Of a DNA stretch of 45,572 nt, positions 43,326-45,572 are shown one piece after another; position 1 is the first letter of the stretch; the number at the start of each line of letters is the position of its first letter. A model generated the notes under the pieces. It made no database searches and was not told the DNA's origin. It worked only from the letters and a program-made list of their open reading frames with translations. A program made the position numbers and the translations under genes. This DNA comes from Eledone cirrhosa (Eukaryota), in assembly GCA_964016885.1 (NCBI GenBank), contig CAXHJY010001682.1:1-45572 (forward strand). The letters run 5' to 3'.

Positions 43326-43569
43326 CCTGTGTCAGTGTTGAACAAAAAGGTGACGTGGTTGCCTTAACACCGTATGGCATAAATTCAGGCTGTTCGGTTT
43401 GTTGACAAACAAACGAACAAAGCGGCGTTATAATAAACGTCCGCTAAACTGATGCGTGCATATATGTATGTGTACCTGCGTGTATGTGTATATGTATGTG
43501 TATATATATATATATATATGCATGCTACTGTACGTCTGTATACATATATGTATGTACGTATACATACAT

Positions 43570-44232
<663 letters not shown>

Positions 44233-45572
44233 TCATCATCATCATCATCAACGTTTAACGTCCGTGTTCCACGCTTGCATGGGTTTGGACGGGGGTAGTC
44301 CCACTTGAGGCAAGAGTGATTGTCTTGCTCGCATAGGACTATCTGGCAGGTTTTCTACAGTTGGATGCCCTTCCTAACACCAACCACATTTACAGTGTGG
44401 GTCTGGGAGGTTTTTACCGTGTTGCCTACACGGCCACATTACAGCGTGGACTGTGTGTTTTTTTGTCGTGACACCTAAACGATCTCATTTGTTTCGGCCC
44501 GGATGGCGCGGCACCAACATAACTTTACATAGAACGGGGGGGGGGGGGTGTATTTTGTTAGAGATGCCTACTGGCTGTAGTAGGTGCCTATTTAGGTAAA
44601 GCGGGTCTTCTCTGTTACTGAGTACCGCCAAAGGTCTCGGTCCAGTGACATTGTCTTGGTGAGGTGTAAGTGTGTGAGGTCGGAGTTTTAGTGGGTTTTA
44701 CTATGTATTTAGGTAAGGCGGGTCTTCTCTGTTACTGAGTACCGCCAAAGGTCTCGGTCCAGTGACATTGTCTTGGTGAGGTGTAAGTGTGTGAGGTCGG
44801 AGTTTATCAGCTCATCCCATGTTTTTCTAGGTCTGCCTATTCCGTGGCTACCGTCTATCTTTATTGCCCTGCACTTTGTTATACAGCTATCGACTTTCAT
44901 GCGCATCGCGTGTCCATACCAACGCAGCCTTCTCTCGAGTAAACAACATCTGATCCCTCTTATCTCTAATTTTTTCCTTAGTTCGTTTATGCTTTGCCGT
45001 TCACGTATATTACTGTTACACATCCAGCGGAGCATGCAAGCTTCGTTCCTCTCTAGTCTGCGTATATCCTCTGCACACAATGCCCAGGTCTCACTGCCAT
45101 GCAACATTGCTGTTCGTATGCAGGCATCGTACAACCTGCCTTTCATTTTTAGGGAGAACCCTTTAGCAGCTAATAGTGGTATAAGCTCTCTGAACTTTTT
45201 CCAACCAGTTCTGACTCTAGCTACTGTACTTTCAGAGCACCCTACCCCACTGCTGATTTTATCGCCCAGGTAACGGAAGCTGTCCACTATTTCTATAGAA
45301 CCCTCTGCGCAATTGAAAGAGCTAGTATTTTGTGGGCACTTGCTGCTACTTATTGCACCAGAACACCGGCCACATGTAAAATCTATGTTCTTAGTTAGCT
45401 TACCTGTGATCCCACTACATCTTTTATGCACCCATACTTTGCATTTAGGACATCAAATGGAGTTTCTACCTACGCCTTTCCTACACACCGAGCACGACCA
45501 TTTCCCAGAAGGGACCGCCGCCTTGTTTTCTTTCCTACAAACTAGAACTTTAGTCTTAGCCAGGTTAATTTT
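44233..45572 (-). mobile_element. RTE LINE 3' part (second subfamily) with 3' region and (TGA)n tail; runs off the window
   Basis: HKRCSGI..CGRC, FRYLG, GSETW, RLRWYGH, GRPRKTW. The last ~100 bp of the ORF is duplicated (44589-44688 vs 44706-44805). Confidence 0.92.

Larger units (their letters stand above)
42113..43569 (+). mobile_element. Retrozyme-like tandem array: 5' inverted segment plus ~2.5 monomers of 480-510 bp, each with a hammerhead
   Basis: The unit recurs at 42317, 42827 and 43307. 42113-42318 is the reverse complement of 42457-42682. No coding capacity. Confidence 0.88.

Overview
AT-rich, repeat-dominated animal genomic DNA; the SINE, LINE and microsatellite content suggests an octopod cephalopod (inference). 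The only host gene is an IRF1/2-class interferon regulatory factor on the + strand. Two coding exons (28328-28532, and 34114-34269, which the ORF track misses) splice in phase 1 to give a complete DNA-binding domain in which the last signature Trp is Tyr. The rest is kilobase (TA)n/(TA)nCA arrays, tRNA-derived SINEs, RTE and CR1-group LINE relics, a Penelope GIY-YIG 3' fragment, a Helitron relic, and 54-, 60- and 96-bp minisatellites. The most notable signal is a set of short non-coding elements embedded in (TA)n tracts that carry type I hammerhead ribozymes. I folded nine canonical-core copies from five unrelated sequence families by eye, plus variant and truncated ones. They include a 480-bp tandem array with one hammerhead per monomer and a 5' inversion (42113-43569), a 310-bp monomer with a terminal direct repeat (3451-3815), and fold-back palindromes, several of which break at hammerhead helix II. 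This looks like a Penelope-mobilised, (TA)n-targeted retrozyme (circular RNA) system. All folds were done by hand and are untested.
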